Shown in pieces: positions 10,151-21,056 of a stretch of 64,000 nt of DNA. Source of the stretch: an uncultured delta proteobacterium (GTDB lineage: Bacteria > Myxococcota_A > Polyangia > Polyangiales > B10-G4); NCBI GenBank assembly GCA_963727445.1, contig CAVSGI010000009.1, positions 768,001 to 832,000 on the forward strand. The letters run 5' to 3'. The notes beneath the pieces were generated by a model. It saw only the letters and a list, made by a program, of their open reading frames with translations, had not been told where the DNA came from and did no database searches. Each line of letters opens with the position of its first letter. Within the stretch, counting starts at the first letter, position 1. The translations under genes were made by a program, and so were the position numbers.

Positions 10151-10479
10151 TGGCTCACCTCCGGAACATCCGGCTTGCTCGCGAGGCGGGTGAGCCCGAA
10201 CGCGAGGAGCCCGAACAAGAAGAGGCGCTGGAGCTGTATCAAGACCAGATTGGTGTCGAAGAGCGAAGGTGGGATGTCATAGAAGCCGAGGCTGAACGCC
10301 AGGCTCGGCGACATCGCGCAGCAGTTGAGCAGGAGCTTGATGGCGCCTGCGACGATGATGGCCAGACCGGCCCCTTTGTCGTCTTTGGCCGCCACGAGGC
10401 CGCCCACCACGATCAGGCAGAGCGCACCGACCCAGCCGATGCAGCTGTCGAGGAACGTGAGCGCGACCGCCGGATCCAT
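10147..10479 (-). CDS. Small membrane protein (about 3 TM, CC motif)
   Basis: Three hydrophobic segments; similar size and layout to the neighbour. Confidence 0.7.
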   Translation of the reverse strand: MDPAVALTFLDSCIGWVGALCLIVVGGLVAAKDDKGAGLAIIVAGAIKLLLNCCAMSPSLAFSLGFYDIPPSLFDTNLVLIQLQRLFLFGLLAFGLTRLASKPDVPEVSQ

Positions 10480-10499
10480 CCGGCGGTGGTACCACAGCT

Positions 10500-11477
10500 T
10501 CAGCCGAAGTGTGCGGCCAGCGTGCGGACGCCCATGACGGCGTCGCGATATGGGATGGTCACGGCGTCTTCACCCCCTGCCCCGGCGCAGATCATCAGCG
10601 GCAGAAGGTGCTCTTCTCGGGGATGGCAGTCGCGCGCGCGGGGCGCGTGGGCCCACTCGGCGAGGCGTGAGTCGCGCGCGGAGGCGTCGAGGCCGAGGGT
10701 CTCGGCGAGCCAGTCGTCGAAGGCTCGGGAGGCTTCCATCGGCGCGGTGTCACCCCGCATCGCGGCGCCGAAGCCGCGCATGTTGTGGTAGCTGAAGCCG
10801 CTGCCGAGGATCAGCACGCCGCGATCGCGAAGAGGCGCGAGGGCGCGGCCGATCCGAAGCGTGTGCGCGGCGTCGAGGTCCGCGGTGAGCGAGAGCTGGA
10901 AGGTGGGGACGTAGGGCTCGGCGGGATACATCAGCTTCGTCACCACGAAGGTGCCGTGGTCGAAGCCCCGGGATTCGTTCACTGCGCTCTCGATGCCCTG
11001 ATCCGACAGGAGCGCGCGCACCTCCTCGGCGACCTCGGGCGCGCCAGGCGCGGGCCAGGTGATCTCGTAGGACTCCGGCGGAAAGCCGTAGTAGTCGTAG
11101 AGCATCGGCGGGGTGGGCGAGGTCATCAGCGTCGGGAGCTCTTGCTCCCAGTGCGCAGACACCACCAGGAGCGCGCGCGGGCGTTCGGGCAGAACGCTCG
11201 GCAGGCCCGTGAGGTATTCGCGCAGGCTGTCGAGGCCGCTGGTGGGCATGGCCATGTCCACGAAGGGCCAGGGACCGCCGCCATGGGGCACGTAGATGCT
11301 GGGTTGTCGATCGGCCACGGGTTCCTCGTTTCGGGTGCGCTCGCCAGGAGCAGGAGCAGGGCGGCGAGAGGACGGGCGGTTGCGCCGTTCGCAGCCGAGC
11401 GCCGCCATCGCCGCGCCACCGGCCGCGCCCAGGAGCAGCGCTCGCCGGCCGATGCGTCCTTTCGCATCCTCGGTCAT
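10500..11477 (-). CDS. DODA/LigB-type extradiol ring-cleavage dioxygenase (YgiD-like)
   Basis: PHGGGPWP, VSAHWE, YDYYGFP, RGFDHG, GSGFSYHN, HPREEHLLPL; start ambiguous (ATG 11477 or GTG 11318). Confidence 0.88.
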   Translation of the reverse strand: MTEDAKGRIGRRALLLGAAGGAAMAALGCERRNRPSSRRPAPAPGERTRNEEPVADRQPSIYVPHGGGPWPFVDMAMPTSGLDSLREYLTGLPSVLPERPRALLVVSAHWEQELPTLMTSPTPPMLYDYYGFPPESYEITWPAPGAPEVAEEVRALLSDQGIESAVNESRGFDHGTFVVTKLMYPAEPYVPTFQLSLTADLDAAHTLRIGRALAPLRDRGVLILGSGFSYHNMRGFGAAMRGDTAPMEASRAFDDWLAETLGLDASARDSRLAEWAHAPRARDCHPREEHLLPLMICAGAGGEDAVTIPYRDAVMGVRTLAAHFG

Positions 11478-11526
11478 CGCACGCGCACTATAGGACGCGG
11501 TTTGGCACCGCGGGAGCCCCAGCGCC

Positions 11527-12912
11527 TCAGGCGCGCAGGGTCGGCGCCTCGCTCTTCGTCGTCTTCGCCTCGGCGGCGCGCGGGCGCGTCTGTACACGGG
11601 CACGCAGGCCGGGACCCTTGGGCCGGAGCGTCACCGAAGGCGCCAGATCGAGCCGCTGGCCTGGCACCAGCTCGAGGTGATGGCGCTTCACGAAGATGGC
11701 GAGCATCAGCATCGCTTCCATCGTGGCGAAGTGATTGCCGATGCAGACGCGAGGGCCGCCGCCGAACGGGAAGAAGGCGTAGCGCGGGAGGGCGGCGGCC
11801 TTTTCGGGTGCCCAGCGATCGGGGTCGAAGGCCTCCGGGTTCGGGAAGAAGCGCGGGTCGCGGTGAACGACCCACTGGCTCATCAGGAGCTGCGCGCCCT
11901 TGGGGACGCGCACGCCGCGGAGCTCGAAGTCCTCGGTCGCCTCGCGGCCGGTGGTCCAGGCCGGCGGGTAGAGCCGCATCGACTCCTTGACCACGCGATC
12001 GAGATAGGGGAGCCGCTTGACGTCGGCCGCGGTCGGGAGCCGGTCGCCAAGCACTTCGTCGAGCTCGGCGACGACGCGGCGTTCGACGTCGGGATACTTG
12101 CCCAGGAGATAGAGCGTGTAGGCGAGGGTCAGAGCCGTGGTCTCGTGACCGGCCAAAAAGAGCGTGATGGACTCGTCGCGCAGCTGCTGGTCCGTCATGC
12201 CGGCACCGCCCTCGTCGAGGGCGTCGATCAGCGTTCCGAGCAGGTCGTCGCGCTCGTCGCCCGCGCGGCGGTCGGCGATGATCCGGTAGATGAGACCGTC
12301 GAGCTCTTCGATGGCCCGGTTGACGCGGACGTTGCGAGGCGTCGGAACCCATCCCGGGAGCTTGAGGACGGCCTCGACGCTGTTCGCGTAGTACTCGTTG
12401 ATGACCTCCATGGACTCGCGCACGCGCACGACCTCGGCGTGGCCGATGTTGGCGCCGAAGAGCACCTCGGCGACCACCTCCATCGTCAGCCGCGACATCT
12501 CCTGGTGCAGGTTCACCTCGTCACCGTCACGCCAGGTGAGGCCGCGGTCGGTGACCTTCACCATGGTCTCGGCGTAGGTTCGGATGCGCTTCGGCGTGAA
12601 GGCTTGTGCCATCAGCTTGCGCTGGCGCTTCCAGAGCTCCCCGTCGCTGGTGAGCAGTCCCATCCCCAGCGTTCGCTGAAGGATCTCGACGTACTCGTCG
12701 CGGCCCATGATCGACGCGTTCTTGACGATGCAGGTCTCGATGTCTTCGGGGTTGCTGACCAGGAACCAGGGCTTGCCGAGGATGGTCATCTCGGCGAAGT
12801 CGCCGTAGCGCTCGCGCGTCTCGGTCAAGAAGTCGAGGGAGCTCTTCGTGAAGCGAAAGACGTTTCGAAAACCGAAGATGCCCTTTGGTCCTGGTGCCCT
12901 CATCTCGTTCAT
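11527..12912 (-). CDS. Cytochrome P450
   Basis: AGHETT I-helix, ESMR (ExxR), FGGGPRVCIG heme-thiolate motif. Confidence 0.95.
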   Translation of the reverse strand: MNEMRAPGPKGIFGFRNVFRFTKSSLDFLTETRERYGDFAEMTILGKPWFLVSNPEDIETCIVKNASIMGRDEYVEILQRTLGMGLLTSDGELWKRQRKLMAQAFTPKRIRTYAETMVKVTDRGLTWRDGDEVNLHQEMSRLTMEVVAEVLFGANIGHAEVVRVRESMEVINEYYANSVEAVLKLPGWVPTPRNVRVNRAIEELDGLIYRIIADRRAGDERDDLLGTLIDALDEGGAGMTDQQLRDESITLFLAGHETTALTLAYTLYLLGKYPDVERRVVAELDEVLGDRLPTAADVKRLPYLDRVVKESMRLYPPAWTTGREATEDFELRGVRVPKGAQLLMSQWVVHRDPRFFPNPEAFDPDRWAPEKAAALPRYAFFPFGGGPRVCIGNHFATMEAMLMLAIFVKRHHLELVPGQRLDLAPSVTLRPKGPGLRARVQTRPRAAEAKTTKSEAPTLRA

Positions 12913-13539
12913 CGCGTTCCCTCCGGCTCGCCGATCCGGCGAAAGAGATCGACCATCATCTTCGCGGTCGCCTCGACGTCTTCTTCACCCAGCTGCTCCC
13001 AGCGCTCCGCCAGCCAGCGGTCCCCCGCTTCCATCAGCGAGAGCGAGGCGTGGGTCAGAAGGTCCGCGGGCAGATCCTCGCGCACCGCGCCCACCGCCTG
13101 ACCCTGGGCGATCAGCGCACGGGTGAACTCGCTCATCCGCTCCTGGAGCTCGAGGAGGACCGGATGACCCCCGCCCTGCATCCGCGCGTTGGTGATGCTG
13201 AGGCAGAGAGCCGCGTTCGTCGGGTCCTCCATCATGAAGCGCAGGCTCCGCGCATAGATGGCTTCGCACTCGCCCCAGAAGGTCTCCGCGTCGTCCGCCT
13301 CGAAGGGGCGCACCACCTCGGTGAACCAGACCGTGAGCGCCGTGTGCAGGACGGTGACGAAGAGGTCGTCCTTGTCGGCGAAGTAGTAGTACATCGCGCC
13401 CTTGCTGATGCCGGCGCGGCTCGATGATCTGGTTGTAGGAGGCGCTGTCGAAGCCCCGCTCCCCGAACTCCTGGGCCGCCGCGGCCAGGATGGCCTTCTT
13501 TCGGGGCTCTTCGAGCTTGTCGAATCGGGGAAGGGGCAT
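12909..13539 (-). CDS. TetR/AcrR family regulator with apparent +1 frameshift near 13419
   Basis: N-half MPLPRFDKL...ASYNQIIE joins RAGISKGAMYYYF if one extra base is removed; ATGA overlap with P450. Confidence 0.85.
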
Positions 13540-13542
13540 TTG

Positions 13543-13569
13543 AGACCACCCGGTTCGACCGGGTGGTCT
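13543..13569. promoter_or_regulatory. Perfect inverted repeat, probable TetR operator
   Basis: AGACCACCCGGT-TCG-ACCGGGTGGTCT, 3 bp from the TetR start; TTGACG-N17-CAGCAT promoter-like sequence at 13599-13571 on the minus strand. Confidence 0.75.
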
Positions 13570-13636
13570 AATGCTGGATCCGAGCTATCTCGGCGTCAAG
13601 AGGTCGTGGAAAGATCAGCCGAGATATCCTCGGGCG

Positions 13637-15859
13637 ATGCTCTCTCGGCCCTCTCTCTTCGCGGCTCTCGTCTGCCTCGTCGCCTGCTCCGACCACGGCG
13701 GCAGCGGCGGGTTGGGCTCGCCCTGCGCCTCCACCGCCGAGTGCAACGACGGCCTCACCTGCGTCGACGGCGCCTGCGAGGGGGCGGGCGACGCGAGCGC
13801 CGACACCGGCGGCGGCGACAGCGGTGGGCGCGACACCGGCCCGACCTGCGCGGTCGCGGACCGCTGCGGTGGGGGCTGCTGCGATCCGCTGACCGAGGAG
13901 TGTGTCGCCGACAGCTGCATGCCCCTGTGCGCCTCTGGTCTGCGTTGCGGTCCCGCGGCGACGTGCTGCGCTGCGGACGATCTCTGCATCGCGGACGCGT
14001 GCACCACGCCCGGCGATCCGTGCGCCGATCCCATCGACTGCGCGAGCGACCAATACTGCGACCCGAGCCTCGGCCGCTGTCTGCCGCGCCGCGCTGGTCG
14101 CTGCGAGTACTTCCCACCCACCGGCGTCCTCGAGCCGGTGCAGCAGTGGCATTGGAGCACGAGCGAGACCTCGCCGGCCTCCGTCAACGTGATGATGACG
14201 CCGGTGGTCGGCGACCTCGACGGGGACGAGATCCCCGAGGTCGTCTTCGTGACCTACACGTCGGGCCCCAGCTACAGCGGGCCGGGGGTGCTGCGCGCGG
14301 TGCACGGCGATGACGGCACCGAGCTCTTCAGCGTCTCCATGCCCGCCATCTGCGGCGACTCGGGCGTCGCCCTCGGTGATCTCGACGGTGATGGCTCGCC
14401 GGAGATCGTGGTCGCGGGGCCCTGTCTCACCGGCGGCCGGGTGCACGCCTTCGACGCCACCGGGACCCATCTGTGGTCGGGCACCAACGCCGACGGAACC
14501 CCGGACGAGTTCAACTTGGACTTCGGCGCCCCCAGCATCGCCGACCTCGAAGGAGACGGTAGCGCCGAGGTCATCGTCGGCGGCACCGTGTACGAGAGCG
14601 ACGGGACGGTTCGCTTCGCCAACCGCACCACGGGCTTCAACTGCTGCAGCGGCACGCCGCGATCTTCGGTCACCACCGCCTACGACGTCGACGGGGATGG
14701 AGAGCTCGAGATCGTGGGGCCCAACGTGGTGTGGAATGCAGACGGTTCGGCGCTCTGGGACATGCCCGCGGCCCCGGAAGGCTTCATCGCCGTCGCCGAC
14801 TTCTTCGAGGACGACCAGCCCGACATCGTGGTGGTCAGCGACGGCAGCGTCAGCCTTCTCGACGGCTCCGACGGCTCGGTCACCTGGCCTGCGGTGGCGA
14901 TCCCCGGCGCAGGCCGGGGCGGTCCGCCCACCGTGGCCGACTTCGACGGAGACGGCCTGCCCGAGATCGGCGTCGCCGGCGCCGCTTCGTACTCGGTCTA
15001 CGACCCGGACGGTGACATGGCCATCCTCTGGAGCCAGCCCACGCAGGACGCGAGCTCCAACATCACCGGCAGCAGCGTCTTCGACTTCGACGGAGACGGC
15101 CGCGCGGAGGTCGTCTACAACGACGAGTGCTACATGCGCGTCTACGCAGGTGCCGACGGTACGGTGCTGGCGCAGGTCCCGCAGAACTCGCACACCCTCA
15201 TCGAGTATCCCCTCATCGTCGACGTCGACGGAGACGGCAACACCGAGATCGTCTTCGCCGCGAACGCCGAGGTGGATCGCTGCACTGCGATCCCCGGCTA
15301 CACCGGCCTGTTGGCGGGCATCCGCGTCTTCGAGGACGCGATGGACAACTGGGTCGGCACCCGGCGCGTGTGGAACCAGCACGCTTACAGCATCTCGCAC
15401 GTGCGCGAGGACCTGAGCATCCCGATGGCGGTGGCGCCGAACTGGGAGCGCTGGAACAGCTTCCGGCAGAACCCCCAGAGCTTCGACGCGCCCGACCTGG
15501 TCGGCGCGGATGCGACGGGCGACGGCTCGGCCTGCCCGGTCACCCTGACCCTGAGCGCGACCGTCACCAACGACGGTGCGGCGACGGTGGGGCCGGGGCT
15601 CAGCGTGAGCTTCTACGTGGGAACGCCGGCGGCCCCCGGCCGGCTCCTCGGCACCGCGACGACCACGCGGATCCTGGCGCCGGGAGGCTCAGAGATCGTG
15701 ACCCTCTCCGTCGCCCCGAGCGCCGCGGAGCAGACCGGGATGCCGATCGACTTCTTCGTCGTGGCAGACGATCTCGGCGACGGCACGGGCGAGCACAACG
15801 AGTGCATCGAAGACAACAACACCACCGCCGGCACCTTCACCTGCGCCGGGATCATGTAG
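13637..15859 (+). CDS. Surface lipoprotein with Cys-rich region, FG-GAP/VCBS repeats and C-terminal CARDB-like domain
   Basis: LVAC lipobox; repeated DLDGDG/DFDGDG motifs; WNQHAY; ECIEDNN. Confidence 0.85.
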   Translation: MLSRPSLFAALVCLVACSDHGGSGGLGSPCASTAECNDGLTCVDGACEGAGDASADTGGGDSGGRDTGPTCAVADRCGGGCCDPLTEECVADSCMPLCASGLRCGPAATCCAADDLCIADACTTPGDPCADPIDCASDQYCDPSLGRCLPRRAGRCEYFPPTGVLEPVQQWHWSTSETSPASVNVMMTPVVGDLDGDEIPEVVFVTYTSGPSYSGPGVLRAVHGDDGTELFSVSMPAICGDSGVALGDLDGDGSPEIVVAGPCLTGGRVHAFDATGTHLWSGTNADGTPDEFNLDFGAPSIADLEGDGSAEVIVGGTVYESDGTVRFANRTTGFNCCSGTPRSSVTTAYDVDGDGELEIVGPNVVWNADGSALWDMPAAPEGFIAVADFFEDDQPDIVVVSDGSVSLLDGSDGSVTWPAVAIPGAGRGGPPTVADFDGDGLPEIGVAGAASYSVYDPDGDMAILWSQPTQDASSNITGSSVFDFDGDGRAEVVYNDECYMRVYAGADGTVLAQVPQNSHTLIEYPLIVDVDGDGNTEIVFAANAEVDRCTAIPGYTGLLAGIRVFEDAMDNWVGTRRVWNQHAYSISHVREDLSIPMAVAPNWERWNSFRQNPQSFDAPDLVGADATGDGSACPVTLTLSATVTNDGAATVGPGLSVSFYVGTPAAPGRLLGTATTTRILAPGGSEIVTLSVAPSAAEQTGMPIDFFVVADDLGDGTGEHNECIEDNNTTAGTFTCAGIM

Positions 15860-15864
15860 GCGTC

Positions 15865-17482
15865 TTGGGCTCTCGGATCCGCGGCATCGCCCTTCTTCTC
15901 GCGGGCATCTCCATGCTCTCGGCCAGTTGTGCCGAGCGCCCGCAGATCGCGTATTCGGAGGGCTGCGAGCTGACGACGGATTGCGCGCCGCCCTTCGTCT
16001 GCCGTCTGGGCGCATGCCGAGAGGCGTGCCGGCAGCCGCGGGATTGCCGACCGGGCACCACCTGCGTGCGCGACCCCGAGCACTTCGGCGTCTGCCAGCT
16101 CGAGGACGAGACCGAGTGCACGCTCAACAGCGATTGCCCGACGGGGCTGGTCTGTCACTTCGGACAATGCACCAACGAGTGCATGAACGATCGCGATTGC
16201 ATCGCGGGGCTCCTCTGCGTGCCCGACGACGCCGGCACGCAGCTCGCCTGCAACGACCCCTACGAAGACGAGTGCAGCATCAGCAGCGACTGCGGCGACG
16301 TGCTCGTCTGCGCTCGCGACGGCCGGTGTCGCGAAGAGTGCCGGGAGGATCGCGATTGCCGCGACGGTAGAATCTGCGACACGAGCGCCGATCCGCGCGT
16401 GTGCGTGCTGCCGAACCCGCTCGACCGCCCACCGCCGCCCGTCACCTTCGCGGCGGGCGGGGCGACGACCTGCGCGCTCAGCGCGGACCGCCTCCAGCTC
16501 CGCTGCTTCGGGCGCAACACCAGCGGGGAGGTGGGGGATGGAACCACCTCCCCGTCGGCGCCGCCGGGGAACGTGCTCGTGGGCATCGCGGTGGCCGACG
16601 TGGACATGGGCGAGACCCACGCCTGCGCCATCGACGACGCGCTGAAGTGTTGGGGCGGTGGCGCTGAGGGACAGCTCGGTCTGGGCGCCGCGACGACGAT
16701 GGCGCTCTCGCCCACCGACGTCCCGATGCTCGCGGGGGCCCTGGGCGTCGCCACCGGCTTTGCGCATTCCTGCGCGTGGACCGCGACCGAGCTCCGCTGT
16801 TGGGGGCAGAACGACCTGGGGCAGCTGGGGGACGGCACCCTGGAGACGCGTTTCTCGCCCGGCGACGCGCTTGCCATGGTGAGCCCGGTCGTCGACGCTG
16901 CGGGCGGCGGGGGGCACACCTGCGCCGTTCGCGACGACGGCACGCTCTTCTGCTGGGGCGACAACGAAAACGGTCAGCTCGGTGACGGGACGACCACACG
17001 GCACCTCGTCCCCACCCGCGCGCTCGTCTCCGACGTGGTCGCGGTGGTCGCGGGCGAGCTCCACACCTGCGCGCTACGTCGCGATCGCCAGGTGCGCTGC
17101 TGGGGTTCGAACAATGCGGGTCAGACCGGCAGTGGCACGACGGCGGCGGTGTCGGGCGTGGTGGCGCCCACGGGGCTCGCGCCGGTGATCCGAGATCACG
17201 GCGGGGGCCGAGCACACCTGCGTGCTCGAGGAGGGCGGAGTCGTGAAGTGCTTCGGCCTCGGGGACCGCGGTCAGCTGGGGTCGATGCCTGGCGAGGGCT
17301 TCGCTACCTCGCCCGTCGTGGTGGACCTGCCGGGGCCAGCAGCCGAGATCAGGGCGGGCCACTACCACACCTGCGCTCGTCTCGCGGACGGCTCCGCCTA
17401 CTGCTTCGGAGCCAATGATGCAGGACAATTCGGGGCTTCCGGGCCGGGCGGGGCCACGCCGGTGCTCACCACCGCGCTCTAG
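15865..17482 (+). CDS. Cys-rich lipoprotein with RCC1-like repeats; apparent +1 frameshift near 17190
   Basis: LSASC lipobox; CxxxxDC repeats; HTC...CWGxNxxGQLG RCC1 repeats; APVI joins EITAGAEHTC after removing one C. Confidence 0.8.
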
Positions 17483-17532
17483 CTGCGCAGGGGATTGTGC
17501 TTTTCGGCCACTTTCGGCGATAGTCCCCGCCC

Positions 17533-18048
<516 letters not shown>

Positions 18049-19335
18049 TCAGGTCGCGATCAGCCACCAGAGCACGGCCGCACCGCCCAATAGGAAGGCG
18101 AAGGCGAGGCCGACCAGGATCCCGAGAACGAAGCCGCTCATCGACGAGGTGGACGGCTGCGCCGGGTACTGCGCCGAGACCGGGGCCGATGGGGCCTCGC
18201 TCCAGGTGGGGGCCGGTGTCGATGGAGGCGGAGGCGGGGGAGAGAAGTCCGGCTTCCTCGTGGAGGGGCGCTCCCCCGAATCCGCCAGCGGCTCGATGTC
18301 GGCGGGAACGCGAGGGCTGCTGGGGAGCGGCTGCGCCTTGGCGAGGCCCTGCGCCGTCAGCCCCGGCGGGGGCGCCAGGCTGTCCATGTCGTCGCTGCTG
18401 AAGGGCGAGGGCGTGCGCGTGGTGGCGTTTTCGTACTCTTCCCACTCGAGCCCGAGCGGAGCAGCACCCTTGTTGCGAAGCCCCTCTGCCATCTGCGCCG
18501 CCGTCTGCCAGCGCTTGGCCGGATCGCGCTCGAGGGCTCCGTCCACCATGCTGATGAGCCACGGCGGGAGCCCTTCCGACATGTCGGCGAGGCTCGGCGG
18601 CGTTTGTGAGAGCAGCTTGAGGATGAGCTTGTTGTAGTTGTCGGCGTCGAAAGGCGGCTCACCCGCGAGGGCGTGGAAGAGCATCGCGCCGGTGGACCAC
18701 ACGTCGGCGCGCCGATCCGTGTCGTCACCGGCGGCCTGTTCTGGCGCCATGTAATAAGGCGTGCCCACGACGTGACCCTGCTGGGTGTTGTAGAGCGAGC
18801 CGCCGCGCCGGAGATTCTTCGCGACGCCGAAGTCGAGGAGCTTCACCCGGAGGTTGCCGTGCTCGTCGCGGGTCAGGAAGACGTTCTCGGGTTTGACGTC
18901 GCGATGGATGATGCCGCGCTCGTGTGCCGCGTGCAGACCTTGCAAAGTCTGGATGCCAATCTCCACCACTTCGGGAACGGAGAGGTCTTCCTTCTCCATC
19001 GCCTCGGCGAGGTCGCGCCCTTCGAGGAGCTCGAGGACCAGGTAGAGAGTGCCGTCCGGTTCTTCTCCGGCGTCGTAGACGTCGCAGACCGACTGGTGTC
19101 CGATCTCGGCGGCGGCCCGGGCTTCGCGCAGGAAGCGCTCCGCGTAGCCCGGGATGTTGGAGTGGCTCTTGTTGAGCACCTTGAGCGCGCAGTGGCGTCC
19201 CGTGAAGGAGTGCTGCGCGGCATAGACGACACCCATGCCCCCCACTCCAAGCACACGCCTCAGCAGATATTTGCCGTCGATCGTGGAACCGACCGGCAGA
19301 TGTCCTTCGGGCAACTCTAGGCTCGCTTGAGCCAT
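18049..19335 (-). CDS. Ser/Thr protein kinase with C-terminal TM anchor
   Basis: GVGGMG, ALK, HRDVKPEN, DFG, GTPYYMAPE. Confidence 0.93.
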   Translation of the reverse strand: MAQASLELPEGHLPVGSTIDGKYLLRRVLGVGGMGVVYAAQHSFTGRHCALKVLNKSHSNIPGYAERFLREARAAAEIGHQSVCDVYDAGEEPDGTLYLVLELLEGRDLAEAMEKEDLSVPEVVEIGIQTLQGLHAAHERGIIHRDVKPENVFLTRDEHGNLRVKLLDFGVAKNLRRGGSLYNTQQGHVVGTPYYMAPEQAAGDDTDRRADVWSTGAMLFHALAGEPPFDADNYNKLILKLLSQTPPSLADMSEGLPPWLISMVDGALERDPAKRWQTAAQMAEGLRNKGAAPLGLEWEEYENATTRTPSPFSSDDMDSLAPPPGLTAQGLAKAQPLPSSPRVPADIEPLADSGERPSTRKPDFSPPPPPPSTPAPTWSEAPSAPVSAQYPAQPSTSSMSGFVLGILVGLAFAFLLGGAAVLWWLIAT

Positions 19336-19461
19336 TCCCCTCCTAGTTCAGGCAGTCATCTTACGAGTTAGTACGACTCAGGTTGCATGATCTGCCGCGT
19401 CGCCGGCCAATTCGGTACGACGGTGAGGGGAGATGTAGGTGCACCTCGCCTTGGCAGCAGG

Positions 19462-21000
19462 TCAGAGCGAAAAGAAGTCTCGAATGCGTTTCAGGAGCTC
19501 GGCGCTCCGTTCATGCGAGGTATCGACTTCGCTCTTACGGTCCGTATTCGCGACTTTGTCGAGCTCTTTTTCGCGTTCGGCGAGCTCGACGCTGAGCCGC
19601 TGCATCAGCTCCGGCTGCACGTCGAAGACGCGATGAAACGCCTCTTTGCCGAGGGCCATCAGCTCACACTCTCCGACTGACCGAACGGTCGCCTTGCGCT
19701 TCTCGCCCGTCATCAGGGACATCTCGCCGAAGAACTCGCCGGCATCGAGGCGGGCGACCTCGATCTCGCGGGAGCGCTTGTTGGCGTGCTGGACGTGCAC
19801 GGTCACGGCGCCGCGCACCACGATGTAGAGCTCGCTGTCGGCGTCCCCCTGCCGGATGACCGCTTCGCCAGCATCGTAGAGGCGCGTCTCACTTCCCTCC
19901 GCGAGGGCGCGCAGCGCGTCATCCGGGAGCCCGGAGAGGAACTGCACCCGGCGCAGATACGCCATGCGCTCGGTGACGTGGCGCTCCTGTTCTTCGCGCG
20001 CTTCCTCCTTGGTCCCTTCATGAAGCTCGATGAAACGTTGCGGCACGGGGATGTCGATGCCCTCGCGGTGCAGGGCGTACCAGGCGCGCTCGCGCACCGC
20101 GGCGTCGATGGTCTCTCGCTCGAGGAACTCGCGAATGAAGTAGCGGACCTGGTACTGCACGCCGCGGTCGGAGAAGTCGTAGGGGATGACGCTCGGCGCG
20201 GGATCGTCGAGGACGCCGGGCACGTCCTTGATGGCGCGGAGGATCAAGCGTTCCACGCGGCGCGGAGGCACGCGGTAGGGCGCGTAGGCGAAGACCGTGC
20301 GACGCGCCTCGATCATGGGCTTGGTGAAGTTGCGGATCGGTGCGCGGGCGAGCTGGTTGTTGGGGACGATCACCTCGATCTGATCGAGGGTCAGCACTTT
20401 CGCAGCGCGCCAGTTGATCTCGACGACCATCCCGGTGTTGGACTCCTTGTCGTCGAACTGGATCCAGTCGCCGACCTCGAAGGGCCGCTGTACCTGGATG
20501 GCGAGACCGGCGAAGAGGTTGCCGAGGGTGTCTTGAAGAGAGAGGCCGACGACCGCGGTGAGCAGGGCGCTGGTCGTCAGGAGCGAGTCCATCGCGACGC
20601 CGGCGGCGCTCAAGGTCACGAAGAGGGCCGCTGCGTAGATGGTGCCCTGGATGATGTCCGTGAAGATCTTGGGCAGCGGCCGGGTGGCGCCCCGGTTCAC
20701 CATCGAATGGATCGTGACCAGCACGCCCGTGCGGCCGATGGAGATGAGCAGGAGGAAGAGCGCCGCGAGCCCCATCCAGCTGTGGATCCGGGTGTCCTCC
20801 GTCAGGAGTTGCCGAATCGCCATCAGCGCGACGTGGACGACGAAGGCGGCGAAGGGGAGCCGGAGGCTCCGGCGCTGGCCTTTGGGAAGCAGCAGCCGGC
20901 CGAGCACCAGGAGCACGATCGCGATCAGGACGCCGGTCGTGTAGGCCGAGGTCTGGTCAGAGAGCCCGAGGATCTCGATGAGGTGTTCGAAGGGTCTCAC
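19462..21000 (-). CDS. MscS-family channel with cyclic nucleotide-binding domain
   Basis: GLSLQDTLGNLFAG, RPFEVGDWI, VPN; FFGEMSLMTGEKRKATV cNMP motif. Confidence 0.9.
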   Translation of the reverse strand: MRPFEHLIEILGLSDQTSAYTTGVLIAIVLLVLGRLLLPKGQRRSLRLPFAAFVVHVALMAIRQLLTEDTRIHSWMGLAALFLLLISIGRTGVLVTIHSMVNRGATRPLPKIFTDIIQGTIYAAALFVTLSAAGVAMDSLLTTSALLTAVVGLSLQDTLGNLFAGLAIQVQRPFEVGDWIQFDDKESNTGMVVEINWRAAKVLTLDQIEVIVPNNQLARAPIRNFTKPMIEARRTVFAYAPYRVPPRRVERLILRAIKDVPGVLDDPAPSVIPYDFSDRGVQYQVRYFIREFLERETIDAAVRERAWYALHREGIDIPVPQRFIELHEGTKEEAREEQERHVTERMAYLRRVQFLSGLPDDALRALAEGSETRLYDAGEAVIRQGDADSELYIVVRGAVTVHVQHANKRSREIEVARLDAGEFFGEMSLMTGEKRKATVRSVGECELMALGKEAFHRVFDVQPELMQRLSVELAEREKELDKVANTDRKSEVDTSHERSAELLKRIRDFFSL

Positions 21001-21056
21001 GGCGGATCGCGCATCTTATACCCGATCCGTCGCCGGGCAGAGGAGCGACCACCACC

